Below, piece by piece: positions 17,495 to 28,167 of a DNA stretch of 64,000 nt. Position numbers and translations under genes: made by a program. A model generated the notes under the pieces. That model was not told the DNA's origin. It saw only the letters and a program-made list of their open reading frames with translations, and did not search any database. Positions within the stretch are counted from its first letter, which is position 1, and every line of letters begins with the position of its first letter. This DNA comes from Candidatus Sysuiplasmataceae archaeon. Lineage in GTDB: Archaea; Thermoplasmatota; Thermoplasmata; Sysuiplasmatales; Sysuiplasmataceae. The stretch is taken from assembly GCA_046706185.1 (NCBI GenBank), contig JBJKPR010000003.1, forward strand, positions 1,993-65,992, given 5' to 3'.

Positions 17495-19596
17495 AGAACG
17501 ACTACAGGAAACTGATTTCACAAATCAGTTCTGCACTCGGCGACAAAGAAAGGGCAGGCGCCCTCTCGAGGGCTGTGAGAAGGGGAAGGGATGCCAGGAA
17601 GACACAGTTCTCGCTGATGGATGATCCTGCAGGCTTTGTGGCCGGCATAAAAGAGATGAAGACAGGCTCAGCAGAGCGGATGGATGAGCTCGTGGAACAG
17701 TTCGCCGCAAGATGCAGGGAGAATGGAAACAGCGTCTTCATTGCCGAAACAGGAAAGGATGCAGTCGACTACATTGTTGAGCTATCAGCAGGGAAGGGAG
17801 CTGCACTTCTTTCAAAGTCGAAGTCGCTGACGACAGAGGAGATAGAGCTGAACAGGAGGCTTGAGGAGAAGGGGCTGAATGTCGTAGAGACAGACCTTGG
17901 CGAGAGGATAATACAGCTGGCGGGTGAGAAGCCGTATCACCTCGTCTTTCCCGCAATCCACATGTCGCAGAGATCCATCGCGGAGCTTTTCACCACAAAG
18001 TTCGGATATGCCGTGGCTGACAGGCTGGAGGACATAATGGAGGCAGTAAGGAAAGAGCTCAGGCCAGTCTTCTTCGGAACGGACATAGGGATCAACGGCG
18101 CCAATATAGGAGTTGCCGAGACGGGGACGATTGTGATAGAAACGAACGAGGGCAACGACAGGCTTGTCAATTCACTGCCGCGGGTTCAGGTCGTGGTCGT
18201 CGGTATGGAGAAGATCGTGCCCTCATGGGAAGACGCGGTCAGGCTGATAAACGCGCATCCTCTGAGCGCCACCGGCACACAGCTCACGAATTATGTCTCG
18301 ATGATATCGAACAGGCTTGATCTGAAGGGGGGCGGGGCGAGGGAAATGCATGTCATCATTCTCGACAACGGGAGGAGAAAGATGAGAAGCGATCCCGGTT
18401 TCAGGGAAGCACTTAACTGCATAAGATGCGGCGCGTGCATGAACATCTGCCCCACATACGGTGTGGTTGGTGGTCACACATTCGGACACATCTATCCGGG
18501 CCCGATAGGAATCCCATGGACGGAGGAGGTACACGGCCTGGAAAACGCGAAGTTCTCGCATCTCTGCATCTCATGCGGACTCTGCCAGACTGTTTGCCCC
18601 GCAGGAATAGACATACCGATGATGATCGCGAGGGTGAAGGAAAGGGACAACGAGGCGAACGGAAGGCTTCTTGTCGACAGGTTCATGTGCTCCACGGAAA
18701 GGATGTCGAAGTACCTGAGCCTGACCGCACCCGTCTCCAACTGGGTTGTAGGAAACAGGCTGTCAAGGCGCATCGCGCATAGCCTGCTCGGCCTGGAGCG
18801 GAGCAGATCCCTTCCTGTATACACAAGGAGAAGCTTCACAAAGCTTTTCAGGAGCAGCCGAAGCGCCGGCGGAGGGGGCGAGCGCGTCGTCTATTTCCCT
18901 GACATGTTTGCGAACTACGTGAGGCCGGAGATAGGGCTGGGGGCGGCGCATATCCTTGAGGCCGTGGGCGCCGCAGTCGTGTCACCGAGGGAGCTGACGT
19001 CGAGCGGCGCGCCCCTCTTCCTCTACGGAGAGCTGAGGAGAGCGAGGAAAGTCGCAAAGCACAACGTGTCTGTGCTGCATCCGCTGGTCTCGAGCGGTTT
19101 TGAGATAGTGAGCACGGAACCGACTGCGACCTACTCCCTGAAGGAGATTTATCCCAAGCTTCTAGACGGTTCAAGTGAAAGCATGGAGGTGGCCGCGGGG
19201 ACGCACGAACTCTTCGAGTACCTGGCGTCAAGGCACCCGGACCGGAGGCTGCTGGCGAGGGATGGCGAGGGAGCGGACAGAATTGGTTTCCACATTCCTT
19301 GCCACGAGAGGCCCCTGAGTTCAGGCAGGCATGCGATTGCTGCCCTGCGGGCTGCGGGCTATGACGTGAGGGTGGTTGAGACAGGCACTTGCTGCGGCAT
19401 GGCCGGCACCTTCGGGCTGAAGAAGGGAGCACTGGGCGCTGATCTGTCAAGGGCTGTTGCCAGGCCGCTGGTAGACATGTTCAACGCAGAAGAGGGTTTG
19501 ACCGCAATAGCGACCGAAAGCAGCGTGTGCACAATGCAGATAGCTGAGGGTGTGCATGTTCCTGTAAAGCATCCGGTCGAGCTTCTGTCAGCATGA
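17491..19596 (+). CDS. LutB-like lactate-utilisation Fe-S protein fused to a CCG-type domain
   Basis: KSKSLTTEEI, ETDLGE, CIRCGACMNICP, CISCGLCQTVCP, C-terminal HIPCH and CCGMAG. Confidence 0.9.
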   Translation: MKNDYRKLISQISSALGDKERAGALSRAVRRGRDARKTQFSLMDDPAGFVAGIKEMKTGSAERMDELVEQFAARCRENGNSVFIAETGKDAVDYIVELSAGKGAALLSKSKSLTTEEIELNRRLEEKGLNVVETDLGERIIQLAGEKPYHLVFPAIHMSQRSIAELFTTKFGYAVADRLEDIMEAVRKELRPVFFGTDIGINGANIGVAETGTIVIETNEGNDRLVNSLPRVQVVVVGMEKIVPSWEDAVRLINAHPLSATGTQLTNYVSMISNRLDLKGGGAREMHVIILDNGRRKMRSDPGFREALNCIRCGACMNICPTYGVVGGHTFGHIYPGPIGIPWTEEVHGLENAKFSHLCISCGLCQTVCPAGIDIPMMIARVKERDNEANGRLLVDRFMCSTERMSKYLSLTAPVSNWVVGNRLSRRIAHSLLGLERSRSLPVYTRRSFTKLFRSSRSAGGGGERVVYFPDMFANYVRPEIGLGAAHILEAVGAAVVSPRELTSSGAPLFLYGELRRARKVAKHNVSVLHPLVSSGFEIVSTEPTATYSLKEIYPKLLDGSSESMEVAAGTHELFEYLASRHPDRRLLARDGEGADRIGFHIPCHERPLSSGRHAIAALRAAGYDVRVVETGTCCGMAGTFGLKKGALGADLSRAVARPLVDMFNAEEGLTAIATESSVCTMQIAEGVHVPVKHPVELLSA

Positions 19597-19710
19597 TCAC
19601 CCTGGCACAGTACCCCTCCGGCGCCGTGTGCTGGGGATCGTGATATTATTATGCCGCCGTTCAGCAAAACTTATCTAATCAAAGCGGATAGAAACGCGGG
19701 GTAAGTAACA

Positions 19711-20199
19711 ATGACAGAACTCAAGGTTGGAGATATTGCGCCCGATTTCACACTGCCTGCATCAAAGGACAGGAAGGTCTCTCTCAGGGAGCTTGCGTCG
19801 TCGGGGAACGTCGTAATCGCATTCTATCCGGGAGATTTCACGTCTGTCTGCACGAATGAGCTCTGCACGTTCAGGGACGGGTTGAGCGAGTTCGAGAAGG
19901 TCAGCGCAAAGGTGGTGGGCATAAGCGGCGACAGCTACTTCACTCACGACGCTTTTGCCAAGGCGAACAGGCTGAACTTTGACCTGCTCAGCGACTACGA
20001 CCACTCCGTTGCCAGGCTCTACGGCGTGAGCTATGAGAATTTCCTGGGGCTCAGCGGGGTTGCAAAGAGGTCGGTGTTCATAGTTGACAGAGAGGGGAAA
20101 ATCAGGTACAGATGGGTGACCGAAAACGCAGGCGTGCTCCCTGACATGGAAGAGATAAAGGGAGAGCTCCAGAAGATGGATGGCCACTCTCGTACCTGA
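19711..20199 (+). CDS. Peroxiredoxin (BCP/PrxQ-like)
   Basis: FYPGDFTSVCTNELC, LLSD, KRSVFIVD. Confidence 0.92.
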   Translation: MTELKVGDIAPDFTLPASKDRKVSLRELASSGNVVIAFYPGDFTSVCTNELCTFRDGLSEFEKVSAKVVGISGDSYFTHDAFAKANRLNFDLLSDYDHSVARLYGVSYENFLGLSGVAKRSVFIVDREGKIRYRWVTENAGVLPDMEEIKGELQKMDGHSRT

Positions 20200-20295
20200 A
20201 CGGGCCGGCATGCCGGCGACTGCGGAGTTGCACGCAGGATAAAGGTGACAAACGTTTTATACGCATCTCAATCTTAAGAAACGAATATTGGTCTC

Positions 20296-21432
20296 ATGCT
20301 TGTGGCGGTTGTGTTCCATCACCATCAGCCGTGGTACATGGACATGGAAGGAAGATTCGCATTCAGATGGATCTTCGACCATACACGGAACTACAGGAGG
20401 CATCTCGACATTCTCGGCGACAATGAAGGGATGCACATCACATACAACCTGAGCCCGACGCTCCTGAGGCAGTGGAAGATCATCAGCTCGGGAAGCTATG
20501 GATTGAAGCTGGATGGGTCGCTGCCCGACATGGACGAGCAGAGGAGGGAGGTGTCTGCCCTCCTTGACGGATACAGGAAGCTCAACGGAAGGAACATTGA
20601 GGTTCTCTCACAGCCTTACTACCATCCGATCATGCCCCTTCTCAACAGGCACGGGCTCGAAGACGACCTTTCATGGCAACTTGCAGCAGGGAAGACGGAG
20701 TCGGAGGAGTACACTGGCAGGAGCGTCACGGGAATGTGGTCGCCCGAATGCGCATTCTCCATGGGCGTTGCGGCAGCGGTGAGCCTGGCAGGCTTCAAAT
20801 ACACTGTCCTCGACGGGACGGCGCTTGTTGGCGGGGGGAGACAGGAAAGGCCGTACAGGCTTGGCAAAGGGCCGCTGCTTTTCTTCAGGGACAACGAGAT
20901 ATCAAACGCGTTCTCCTTTTCATGGCCGATGCAGAAGAAAGAAGTGATGGAGAGGGAGCTCGCATCGATGCTAGGTACAAGGCTGAGAGAAGGGTGGAAG
21001 TCTGTTGTCATAGCGCTCGACGGTGAGAACTGGATGAACGGCGAGGACCATCTTGGGGCACTGTGGCATGTTCTCTCATCAACACAGGGAATCAGCTCAG
21101 CAACACTTGGAGAGGTAGTGAACCAGGTGGAGGAGGGGACAATTGATACGGTTCCTGACACAAGCTGGGCACTAGACCATTCCTTCTCCACATGGGAGGG
21201 GAGCAGGGCAAAGAACCAGCAATGGGCATTGATCGATTCTGCGCGTGATGCAATTGCAGCCTCGGCGGAACTGGATAACGTTGCAAGGGCAAGGTCATAC
21301 CTGCGCATCGCGGAGGGAAGCGACTACACCTACTGGGATTTCGAGAGGCCCGGCGCGCTCACGCTCTTCGGCATGGCGTACGCCACGGCTGCGCGGGACA
21401 TAGCTTCATCAGGCCCTGTCAGGCTCCCCTGA
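20296..21432 (+). CDS. Glycoside hydrolase family 57 protein
   Basis: HHHQP, YYHPIMPL, WSPE nucleophile, DGEN acid/base, AEGSD. Confidence 0.88.
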   Translation: MLVAVVFHHHQPWYMDMEGRFAFRWIFDHTRNYRRHLDILGDNEGMHITYNLSPTLLRQWKIISSGSYGLKLDGSLPDMDEQRREVSALLDGYRKLNGRNIEVLSQPYYHPIMPLLNRHGLEDDLSWQLAAGKTESEEYTGRSVTGMWSPECAFSMGVAAAVSLAGFKYTVLDGTALVGGGRQERPYRLGKGPLLFFRDNEISNAFSFSWPMQKKEVMERELASMLGTRLREGWKSVVIALDGENWMNGEDHLGALWHVLSSTQGISSATLGEVVNQVEEGTIDTVPDTSWALDHSFSTWEGSRAKNQQWALIDSARDAIAASAELDNVARARSYLRIAEGSDYTYWDFERPGALTLFGMAYATAARDIASSGPVRLP

Positions 21433-22024
21433 ACCCCTTCGCAACAACGTAAATCTCGGAACTCTGCTTCCTGCTTGCAACGGGCTTTGAGAGCCTCACT
21501 GACTGAAAGAGTTGCTGCATATCCGCAATCAGCGGGCGCGTCATGTCGCCGTCAAAGAGCTTTGCAACGAGACTTCCTCCCTTCTTCAGAAGCGATGAGG
21601 CGACCGCCAGGGATGTTCGTACAAGCTCCACAGAGCGTGCATGGTCAAGGGAGTAGTTGCCGCTTATGTCCGGGGACATGTCCGACAGTATCACATCGAC
21701 CCTTCCACCCGTCTTCCCGAGCAGCATGTCTGCACTCCCCGGCGATGTAACGTCACCGCGCATCAGCACCGCCCCCTCTACCGGACGGATGGTGGAAAGG
21801 TCTATCCCGAAGACCCTTCCGCTTCCGCCCACAATCTGGAGTTCGACCTGCAGCCAGCCGCCAGGCGCGGCGCCGAGGTCGAGGCAGCTCATGCCAGGGG
21901 CGAGTATGTGGAATTTTTCCTGGAGCTGGAGGAGCTTGTAGGCTGCCCTGCTCCTGTAGTTCTCATTTTTCGCCCTGAGGTAGTAGTGTTCCCTCTTCTT
22001 CTCCTTCATCCAGCGCTTTGTCAA
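21419..22024 (-). CDS. rlmE: 23S rRNA 2'-O-methyltransferase RlmE/FtsJ
   Basis: YRSRAAYKL, DLGAAPGGW, SDMSP, SRKQSSEIY. Confidence 0.95.
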   Translation of the reverse strand: MTKRWMKEKKREHYYLRAKNENYRSRAAYKLLQLQEKFHILAPGMSCLDLGAAPGGWLQVELQIVGGSGRVFGIDLSTIRPVEGAVLMRGDVTSPGSADMLLGKTGGRVDVILSDMSPDISGNYSLDHARSVELVRTSLAVASSLLKKGGSLVAKLFDGDMTRPLIADMQQLFQSVRLSKPVASRKQSSEIYVVAKGFRGA

Positions 22025-22083
22025 TTCGACCTGTGACAGAACACCCCGATGCTTGTAGAATAAGCTTTCCAGGTGCAGAAGGC

Positions 22084-22566
22084 TCAGACCCTCTGCTCGG
22101 AAGGAGTCGCAGCGGGCTCCCTTCTCAGGAAAGACTGTCTGGCCGCCGTCGAGATGGCGAAGACAGATGTTATCAGAAGCGAAAGAGCGAGCATAACGGA
22201 CGGGTTGAAAGGCGATGACTGCACTGCCGTGCTGTAAAGGACGCCGTCGAAGAGGCCGGCGACGTAGGAAGCAACTGATCCGACGAGTGCGATGAATGAG
22301 AAGAGCACAAGCGGGTACGTCCTCCCTGCGGAGAGGATGAAAGTTGATTTTGCCAGCAGCATGCAGCCTGCCGCGATAGAGGAAAGAACGAGAAGGACAT
22401 AGTTGTCGAGGAGAAGCTGCAGGAACGGCACCTGCGGCAGCCTTGAGACTGGCACCGCCGAGATGACCATGGAGATGGCGATGAGCGAGGAACCGGCGGC
22501 ATAACCGTTGAGCACTTCTGATTTGCCGGATATGAGCGCTGATGCAAGCTGTTTCGCGCTTTTCAT
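22084..22566 (-). CDS. Membrane protein, hypothetical
   Basis: Four hydrophobic segments. Confidence 0.65.
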   Translation of the reverse strand: MKSAKQLASALISGKSEVLNGYAAGSSLIAISMVISAVPVSRLPQVPFLQLLLDNYVLLVLSSIAAGCMLLAKSTFILSAGRTYPLVLFSFIALVGSVASYVAGLFDGVLYSTAVQSSPFNPSVMLALSLLITSVFAISTAARQSFLRREPAATPSEQRV

Positions 22567-22695
22567 TGAATTGCCAGCCGGCAGAAGATTATATCAAGCT
22601 TCTTGAGCAAATATCCGGCCCTGCAACTTACAGGTGCCGTGCGGAAAAGACAGAAAGTTTTATCCAAGAGGGGGAGGTAGAAACCACTGTTCAGG

Positions 22696-23316
22696 GTGGA
22701 TGCAGGTTTGAAGAGAGTACTGTTCGTGGACATAGGCGGTGTCTGCTGCGAAAATCCATGGGTCGTATTGTCAGGCAAGGTCCATGAAGAGTTTGGTATT
22801 TCCGCGAAGAAGGCGATGTCGGTGTTTGCGCGCGAAGCAGTTGACCTTGACATGGGAAGAACCGATTTCAGGCAGTTTCATGAGAAGGTCGTGACAGAGC
22901 TCGGCCTCCACTTCGGCCTGGATGAGTTCGTCGAAATGCATGACGGGAGCCTGAGTGTGAAAAATGATGTGTGCTCTCTCCTTCACGAGGTGAGGAGGAG
23001 AAACCGCATCAGGCTGGTCGCGCTGAGCAACATGCCGGAGCACACGTGGCAGGTGCTGGAAAGGAGGTACTCGATGGCGGACATGTTTGACGATTCTGTG
23101 CTCTCATACGCGTATTCGGTTGTAAAGCCCGACCCTGCCATTTTCGACATTGCACTGAGGAAGGCGGATGTCAGTGCTTCAGATTCCATTTTCGTTGACG
23201 ACAGGAAAGAGAACGTGCTGGCTGCAGGGACAAAAGGCATACAGTCGATACTATTCAGTTCATGCAGGCAGCTCAGGAAGGAACTGTCGATGAACGGTCT
23301 TGTGCCGTACCCCTGA
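22696..23316 (+). CDS. HAD-superfamily hydrolase
   Basis: DIGGV, LSN, KPDPAIF, FVDD motifs. Confidence 0.88.
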   Translation: MDAGLKRVLFVDIGGVCCENPWVVLSGKVHEEFGISAKKAMSVFAREAVDLDMGRTDFRQFHEKVVTELGLHFGLDEFVEMHDGSLSVKNDVCSLLHEVRRRNRIRLVALSNMPEHTWQVLERRYSMADMFDDSVLSYAYSVVKPDPAIFDIALRKADVSASDSIFVDDRKENVLAAGTKGIQSILFSSCRQLRKELSMNGLVPYP

Positions 23317-23360
23317 CATCTGTCAAAGGATTTATCGGCCAGACCACTTTAACCGGATCA

Positions 23361-24386
23361 ATGAAGGGCGAAGGAATAACATACGCCTCATCGGGTGTGG
23401 ACATAGACCTGAAATCACAGTTCATCGAAAGGCTTGTGTCCGAGCTGAGGTACAGGCGCAAGGGCAGGGGAAAGCCAGTCGGTCTCGGACATTTCACATC
23501 CACAATACCGTTCGGAAACAGCATTCTGACGCTTGGCACGGACGGTGTTGGTTCAAAGCTTCTTGTCGCAAAGCAGATGGGTAAGTGGGACACGGTGGGG
23601 ATCGACTGTGTCGCAATGAACGTGAACGACACTATATGCGTCGGTGCGGAGCCAATCGCACTTGTAGACTACATAGCCCTGCCGTTCCCGGACACATCGA
23701 TTGCATCGCAGATCGGGAGGGGTCTCAACAGGGGCGCGGCCCTTGCTAACGTGGAGGTGGTCGGGGGGGAGGTAGCGGTGCTGAAGGACATGGTCAGCGA
23801 GGTCGACATCTCTGCAAGCTGCCTTGGCATTGTGGAAAGGAAGAGGGTTGTGACCGGAAGGGGCATAAGGAAGGGGAATGAGCTCGTGGGCATAGCGAGC
23901 AGCGGACTGCACTCGAACGGCTACACGCTTGTAAGGAAACTGCTTCAGGAAACAGGCACGCAGCTGGATGAAAAGTTCGGCTCAAAGACACTTGGAAAGG
24001 AGCTTCTCAGGCCAACCGAGATTTACGTTCGACCGGTGCTCGATGTGCTCAGGAGGCACCGCATCACAGGACTTGCTAACGTGACAGGCGGTGGTTTCAG
24101 GAACCTCCTCAGGCTGAAGAAGGGGGTCTGCTTTTCTGTTGAGGAACTTCCGAAAGCACCAGGGATATTCAGCTTTGTTTCAGAACTTGGCTCCGTCACA
24201 GACGAGGAGATGTACCAGACATTCAACATGGGGGTGGGCTTCGTCATAGTGGCAGGTAAAGGCGAGGGGGATGCCATATGCAGGACGTTGAGAAAGCACG
24301 GGAAGAGGGCGCAGGTGATCGGCAGGATAGAGGAAGGGGAGGGTGTCGAGATGAGGCAGATCGGTGTGACCTACAGAAAGTACTGA
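23361..24386 (+). CDS. purM: Phosphoribosylformylglycinamidine cyclo-ligase
   Basis: TY..SGVD, TDGVGSK, DCVAMNVND, SSGLHSNG, TFNMG. Confidence 0.95.
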   Translation: MKGEGITYASSGVDIDLKSQFIERLVSELRYRRKGRGKPVGLGHFTSTIPFGNSILTLGTDGVGSKLLVAKQMGKWDTVGIDCVAMNVNDTICVGAEPIALVDYIALPFPDTSIASQIGRGLNRGAALANVEVVGGEVAVLKDMVSEVDISASCLGIVERKRVVTGRGIRKGNELVGIASSGLHSNGYTLVRKLLQETGTQLDEKFGSKTLGKELLRPTEIYVRPVLDVLRRHRITGLANVTGGGFRNLLRLKKGVCFSVEELPKAPGIFSFVSELGSVTDEEMYQTFNMGVGFVIVAGKGEGDAICRTLRKHGKRAQVIGRIEEGEGVEMRQIGVTYRKY

Positions 24387-24613
24387 GGGGAACAGCGGCG
24401 TCTGGATAATGGCTACCCCGTTGCCGCAGGACGTGAATTCACGGGTAAGAGGTGACCCAAGTGCATCGTTGTCGCTGGAGGAAAACTGTATTCGCCTGTG
24501 TAGACGCTGGACACTCAGGGGTGCGCTGCCAGATCGGAATGGCAGGACACGGTTCCTTACCCTGATGTCACGGCTGCAATGGTCAACGGAGCAATAGAAG
24601 GACGTGGGGGAGA

Positions 24614-25477
24614 CTAGCGGCCGCCCTTCCTGTATATGAGGACGGGACAGGGAGAATTCCTCATCAGGTACTCGAATGCGCCGCCGGAGTAGAACGGGAG
24701 TGCGGAGCGCGATATATTCGATGAGACGAACACGATTGAGTATTTGTCCTTCGCAAGCTCGTTCAGGATGGCGTCCGCGACCTTTGTGCCGTAGTAGACC
24801 TTCGCAAAAGTCCTGTAATCGCCATATCCCTCCTGCTTCCCCGAAGCTTCCTTCCTCGTGTTTCCGTCGGGCATCCTGTACTGTATTATTGGCATGCCGC
24901 CCAGATCCTCGGATAGTGCCTTGGCGATCCTGAGCACCTCCCTTCCTTCCTCATCTCCCTTGATTGCAACAAGCATCTTCCCGGCTGGCTTCCTGGGCAT
25001 GGCGAGTGTCAGTTTGTTCATCATCATCACGCTGCACGTCGCGTTACGCACCAGGCTCCTTGTCTTGCTTCCGAACCTGAAGCTTCTCTTTCCCTCGTGA
25101 GGATTGATGACAAACATCAGCAGCCCGATTCCGCGCAGTGCTATCTCCTCAAGAATGCAGCCGACTATTGACCTTGCATTCTTCACCTCGGGAGTCACGG
25201 TGACCTCGTGCCTGTATCCAGCCTCCACTGCGGCGATTGAAATTTTGGTGCTTTTCTTCCACTTGTCTATAACCTCAAGCGGGAAGGTCGTGTCTATGAC
25301 GTTCAGCGTCACTATCTCCCCTCCGGATGCCAGCAGTTTCTTTGCAAGCGGCACCATCAGCTCGGCCGTCTCCCTGGAATCAGCAGGGACTAGTATCCTC
25401 TGAAAAGTCAGCTTTCCGGCTGAACGCGCCCGCGGGTCTCCCGCCGAAATATGCCCTGCCATCTCTGTCATAGACAT
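24614..25477 (-). CDS. Tandem universal stress protein (KdpQ/Cat3-like position)
   Basis: ILVP...GSKTRSLVRNATCSV and LMRNSPCPVLIY (two USP units); follows kdpC on the same strand. Confidence 0.8.
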   Translation of the reverse strand: MSMTEMAGHISAGDPRARSAGKLTFQRILVPADSRETAELMVPLAKKLLASGGEIVTLNVIDTTFPLEVIDKWKKSTKISIAAVEAGYRHEVTVTPEVKNARSIVGCILEEIALRGIGLLMFVINPHEGKRSFRFGSKTRSLVRNATCSVMMMNKLTLAMPRKPAGKMLVAIKGDEEGREVLRIAKALSEDLGGMPIIQYRMPDGNTRKEASGKQEGYGDYRTFAKVYYGTKVADAILNELAKDKYSIVFVSSNISRSALPFYSGGAFEYLMRNSPCPVLIYRKGGR

Positions 25478-25531
25478 CTTAACATTACTGCTTCTTGATA
25501 ATTCAACTTAACGCGCGAGGGAAACACCGCA

Positions 25532-26140
25532 TCATTTGATGACGCCATCGCTCACGAGTATGCCGTGAAGGGCTATATCGAGCGTCACCAGGTTGACGTA
25601 AGTGTTCCCTATGAAGCCAAGCAGCGGGTAGGTCGTGTGCTCGGCCACCAGCCTCTCAAGGTAGCTTGTATTCAGGTGCGTGTAGAACGAAACCCTTGAA
25701 AGCTGGAAGAGGGCGAAGCCGACGGATATGTCAGGGTCAAAGCCGGATGCGGAGGGCTCGACGCCGTTTGCAGGCACCTGGGTGCCGTTTGCGACCATTC
25801 CTGTGCGGAGTAGATATTCAGTGTAGTTCTTCGTCTCGTTGTAGAACTGCTGTGTGGCTATGCCTATTGCCGATCCCCCTGAGCCGTCAGAGCTGTTGTA
25901 GTTTACGGACGACACTCTCGGCCAGAAGTAGTATGGCGAGGAAAAATTCTCGCCTATGAAGCTTGAGGCAATGATCGTACCGTTCTGGCTTATCAGGCTC
26001 CCGTCCGCCTGGTGCCCGAGGCCGATGCCGTGGGCTACGACTGCAACAAACCCGGGATAGGCGAAGCCAAGGAGCGCAAAGAAAAGAAGCGTCATGACAG
26101 CGACTGCCCTCAGATCCTTCCTGCACCCCCTTTCAGACAT
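25532..26140 (-). CDS. kdpC: K+-transporting ATPase subunit C
   Basis: QADGSLI, IG..F....YFWPR.S, SASGFDPDIS, VN...L..AL. Confidence 0.93.
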   Translation of the reverse strand: MSERGCRKDLRAVAVMTLLFFALLGFAYPGFVAVVAHGIGLGHQADGSLISQNGTIIASSFIGENFSSPYYFWPRVSSVNYNSSDGSGGSAIGIATQQFYNETKNYTEYLLRTGMVANGTQVPANGVEPSASGFDPDISVGFALFQLSRVSFYTHLNTSYLERLVAEHTTYPLLGFIGNTYVNLVTLDIALHGILVSDGVIK

Positions 26141-28166
26141 AGAACAACCCCAGCAGCATTGCAATCAGCTTGATGCCTATGAACGCGGAAACAAGCCCGC
26201 CAAGGCCGTAAAGAAGCATGTTCCTCCTCAGCAGCGTCGGTGCATCCGTGGCCTGGAACCGCGCTCCCCTCATAGACACAGGTATCAGTATTGGTATTAT
26301 GATCGCGTTGAAAATAAGAGTCGACAGGACGGCAAGAGTGTCTGGATAGATGTGAAGTATGTTGAGCGCACCCAGTGACGGTATGAACGTTGAGAATATG
26401 GCGGGTATAATGGCGAAGTACTTCGCCACATCGTTCGTTATGCTGAAAGTTGTGAGTGCCCCCCTTGTGATCAGAAGCTGTTTCCCGAGCGCGACTATCT
26501 CAATGAGCTTCGTAGGGTCTGAATCGAGGTCCACCATGTTTGCAGCATCCTTTGCGACAGCCGTGCCGGAGTTCATTGCCAGGCCGACATCTGCCTGGGC
26601 AAGCGCCGGTGCATCGTTTGACCCGTCCCCTGTCATTGCAATCAGATGGTTCTTGGACTGCTCCCTTACGATTATCTCCATCTTGTCCTTTGGAGTTGCC
26701 TCTGCCCTGAATTCGTCGACCCCCACCTTCTTCGCTATGCTCTGGGCGGTCAGGAAATTGTCACCTGTAACCATTATGGTCCTTATGCCCATGTTCTTCA
26801 GTTCGCTTATCCTTGCATCTATTCCAGGCTTGATTATGTCCTGGAGTATTATGAGACCCTCGATCTCGCCGTTCCTGGTGAGCAGGAGTGGCGTCGAGCC
26901 CTCCATCGAGGCATCGTGTATCTCCTTTCTGATTTCAGCCGGGATTGCTGTACCTGCCTTTTCCATTGCGTCTGCAGAGCCCTTCCTTATGGACATGCCG
27001 CCGGGAGCGTCGGCGCCGCTCATCCTTGTCTCGGCGGTGAAGCGGACGGGAACGAGTTCTGACACAAGCTGCTTGTCCACCTTTGCGCCCCTCGCAAGGG
27101 CAAGCCTCATCGTCGACACCCCCTCGGGCGTCGTGTCCATTGCGGAGGAGATGTACGCTGTCTCCAGGACATCAGCCTCGTCCCTGCCGGGGGCAGGGAT
27201 GATTCTTGTGGCTACCCTGTTCCCCATGGTTATCGTGCCTGTCTTGTCAAGCAGTAGAACGTCCAGGTCGCCTGCCGTCTCAACAGCCTTCCCGCTCTTC
27301 GCTATCACATTGTATCTGACCACCCTGTTGACGCCTGCAATCCTGATCGATGGAAGCAGGGCGCCTATTGTTGTAGGGAGGAGACATATCAGGAGCGCGA
27401 CAAGGGCTCCTATGTCCACTGCTATCCTAAAGAATTCGGAGATCGGTATAAGCGTGGATATGACAACGATGAGCACCATGCTCAGTGCAACGAGGAGCTG
27501 CGTGAGAGCTATCTCGTTCTGTGTCTTCTGCCTGTTTGCGCCCTCAACAAGGTTGATCATCTGGTCAAGGAATGTGGCGCCGGGATCGTTGCTCACCTTT
27601 GCCTTCGCCTCGCCGGATAGCACGATCGTACCACCAAGCAGGGAGTCCTTGTCACCACCAGTCTCCTTCACCTGAGGTTCTGATTCTCCGGTCATCATTG
27701 ACTCGTTGACGACGACAGCTCCATCGATTATCTGGGAGTCTATGGGCACTGTGTCCCCTTCCATGAGCAGGACTGTGTCCCCCTTCCTCAGGTCGCTGCT
27801 CTTGACAGGCACTGTCTTTCCGTCGCCCTCGACTTTTCTTGCCTCCGTCTCTGATCTCAGCCCCTTGAGGGATTCGGCATTCGCCTTTCCCTGCGCATCG
27901 GCAAGCGATTCAGAGAAATTGGCAAACCACAGTGTGAAGAAGAGTATGACTGTAATCTCGAGGTAGTAGTCGAAGCTGTAGTTTCTTCCAAGCAGCCCAA
28001 CGAACAGCGAAGGGATGAACGTCATCATTGCAGCAAGCACAGTGCTCAGGTAGACGATGAACATGACAGGGTTGTGCACGGCCCTCCATGGAAGGAAACC
28101 TTCGAATGAGCCGATGACCGCATCCCTCCTGTACTTCCGTGCATGCCTTTCTGCATCGCTTAGCAT
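26133..28166 (-). CDS. kdpB: K+-transporting ATPase subunit B
   Basis: NPVMF, TGES, CLLPTTIG, DKTGT, TGDN, GDGSND. Confidence 0.96.
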   Translation of the reverse strand: MLSDAERHARKYRRDAVIGSFEGFLPWRAVHNPVMFIVYLSTVLAAMMTFIPSLFVGLLGRNYSFDYYLEITVILFFTLWFANFSESLADAQGKANAESLKGLRSETEARKVEGDGKTVPVKSSDLRKGDTVLLMEGDTVPIDSQIIDGAVVVNESMMTGESEPQVKETGGDKDSLLGGTIVLSGEAKAKVSNDPGATFLDQMINLVEGANRQKTQNEIALTQLLVALSMVLIVVISTLIPISEFFRIAVDIGALVALLICLLPTTIGALLPSIRIAGVNRVVRYNVIAKSGKAVETAGDLDVLLLDKTGTITMGNRVATRIIPAPGRDEADVLETAYISSAMDTTPEGVSTMRLALARGAKVDKQLVSELVPVRFTAETRMSGADAPGGMSIRKGSADAMEKAGTAIPAEIRKEIHDASMEGSTPLLLTRNGEIEGLIILQDIIKPGIDARISELKNMGIRTIMVTGDNFLTAQSIAKKVGVDEFRAEATPKDKMEIIVREQSKNHLIAMTGDGSNDAPALAQADVGLAMNSGTAVAKDAANMVDLDSDPTKLIEIVALGKQLLITRGALTTFSITNDVAKYFAIIPAIFSTFIPSLGALNILHIYPDTLAVLSTLIFNAIIIPILIPVSMRGARFQATDAPTLLRRNMLLYGLGGLVSAFIGIKLIAMLLGLFYV

Positions 28167-28167
28167 T

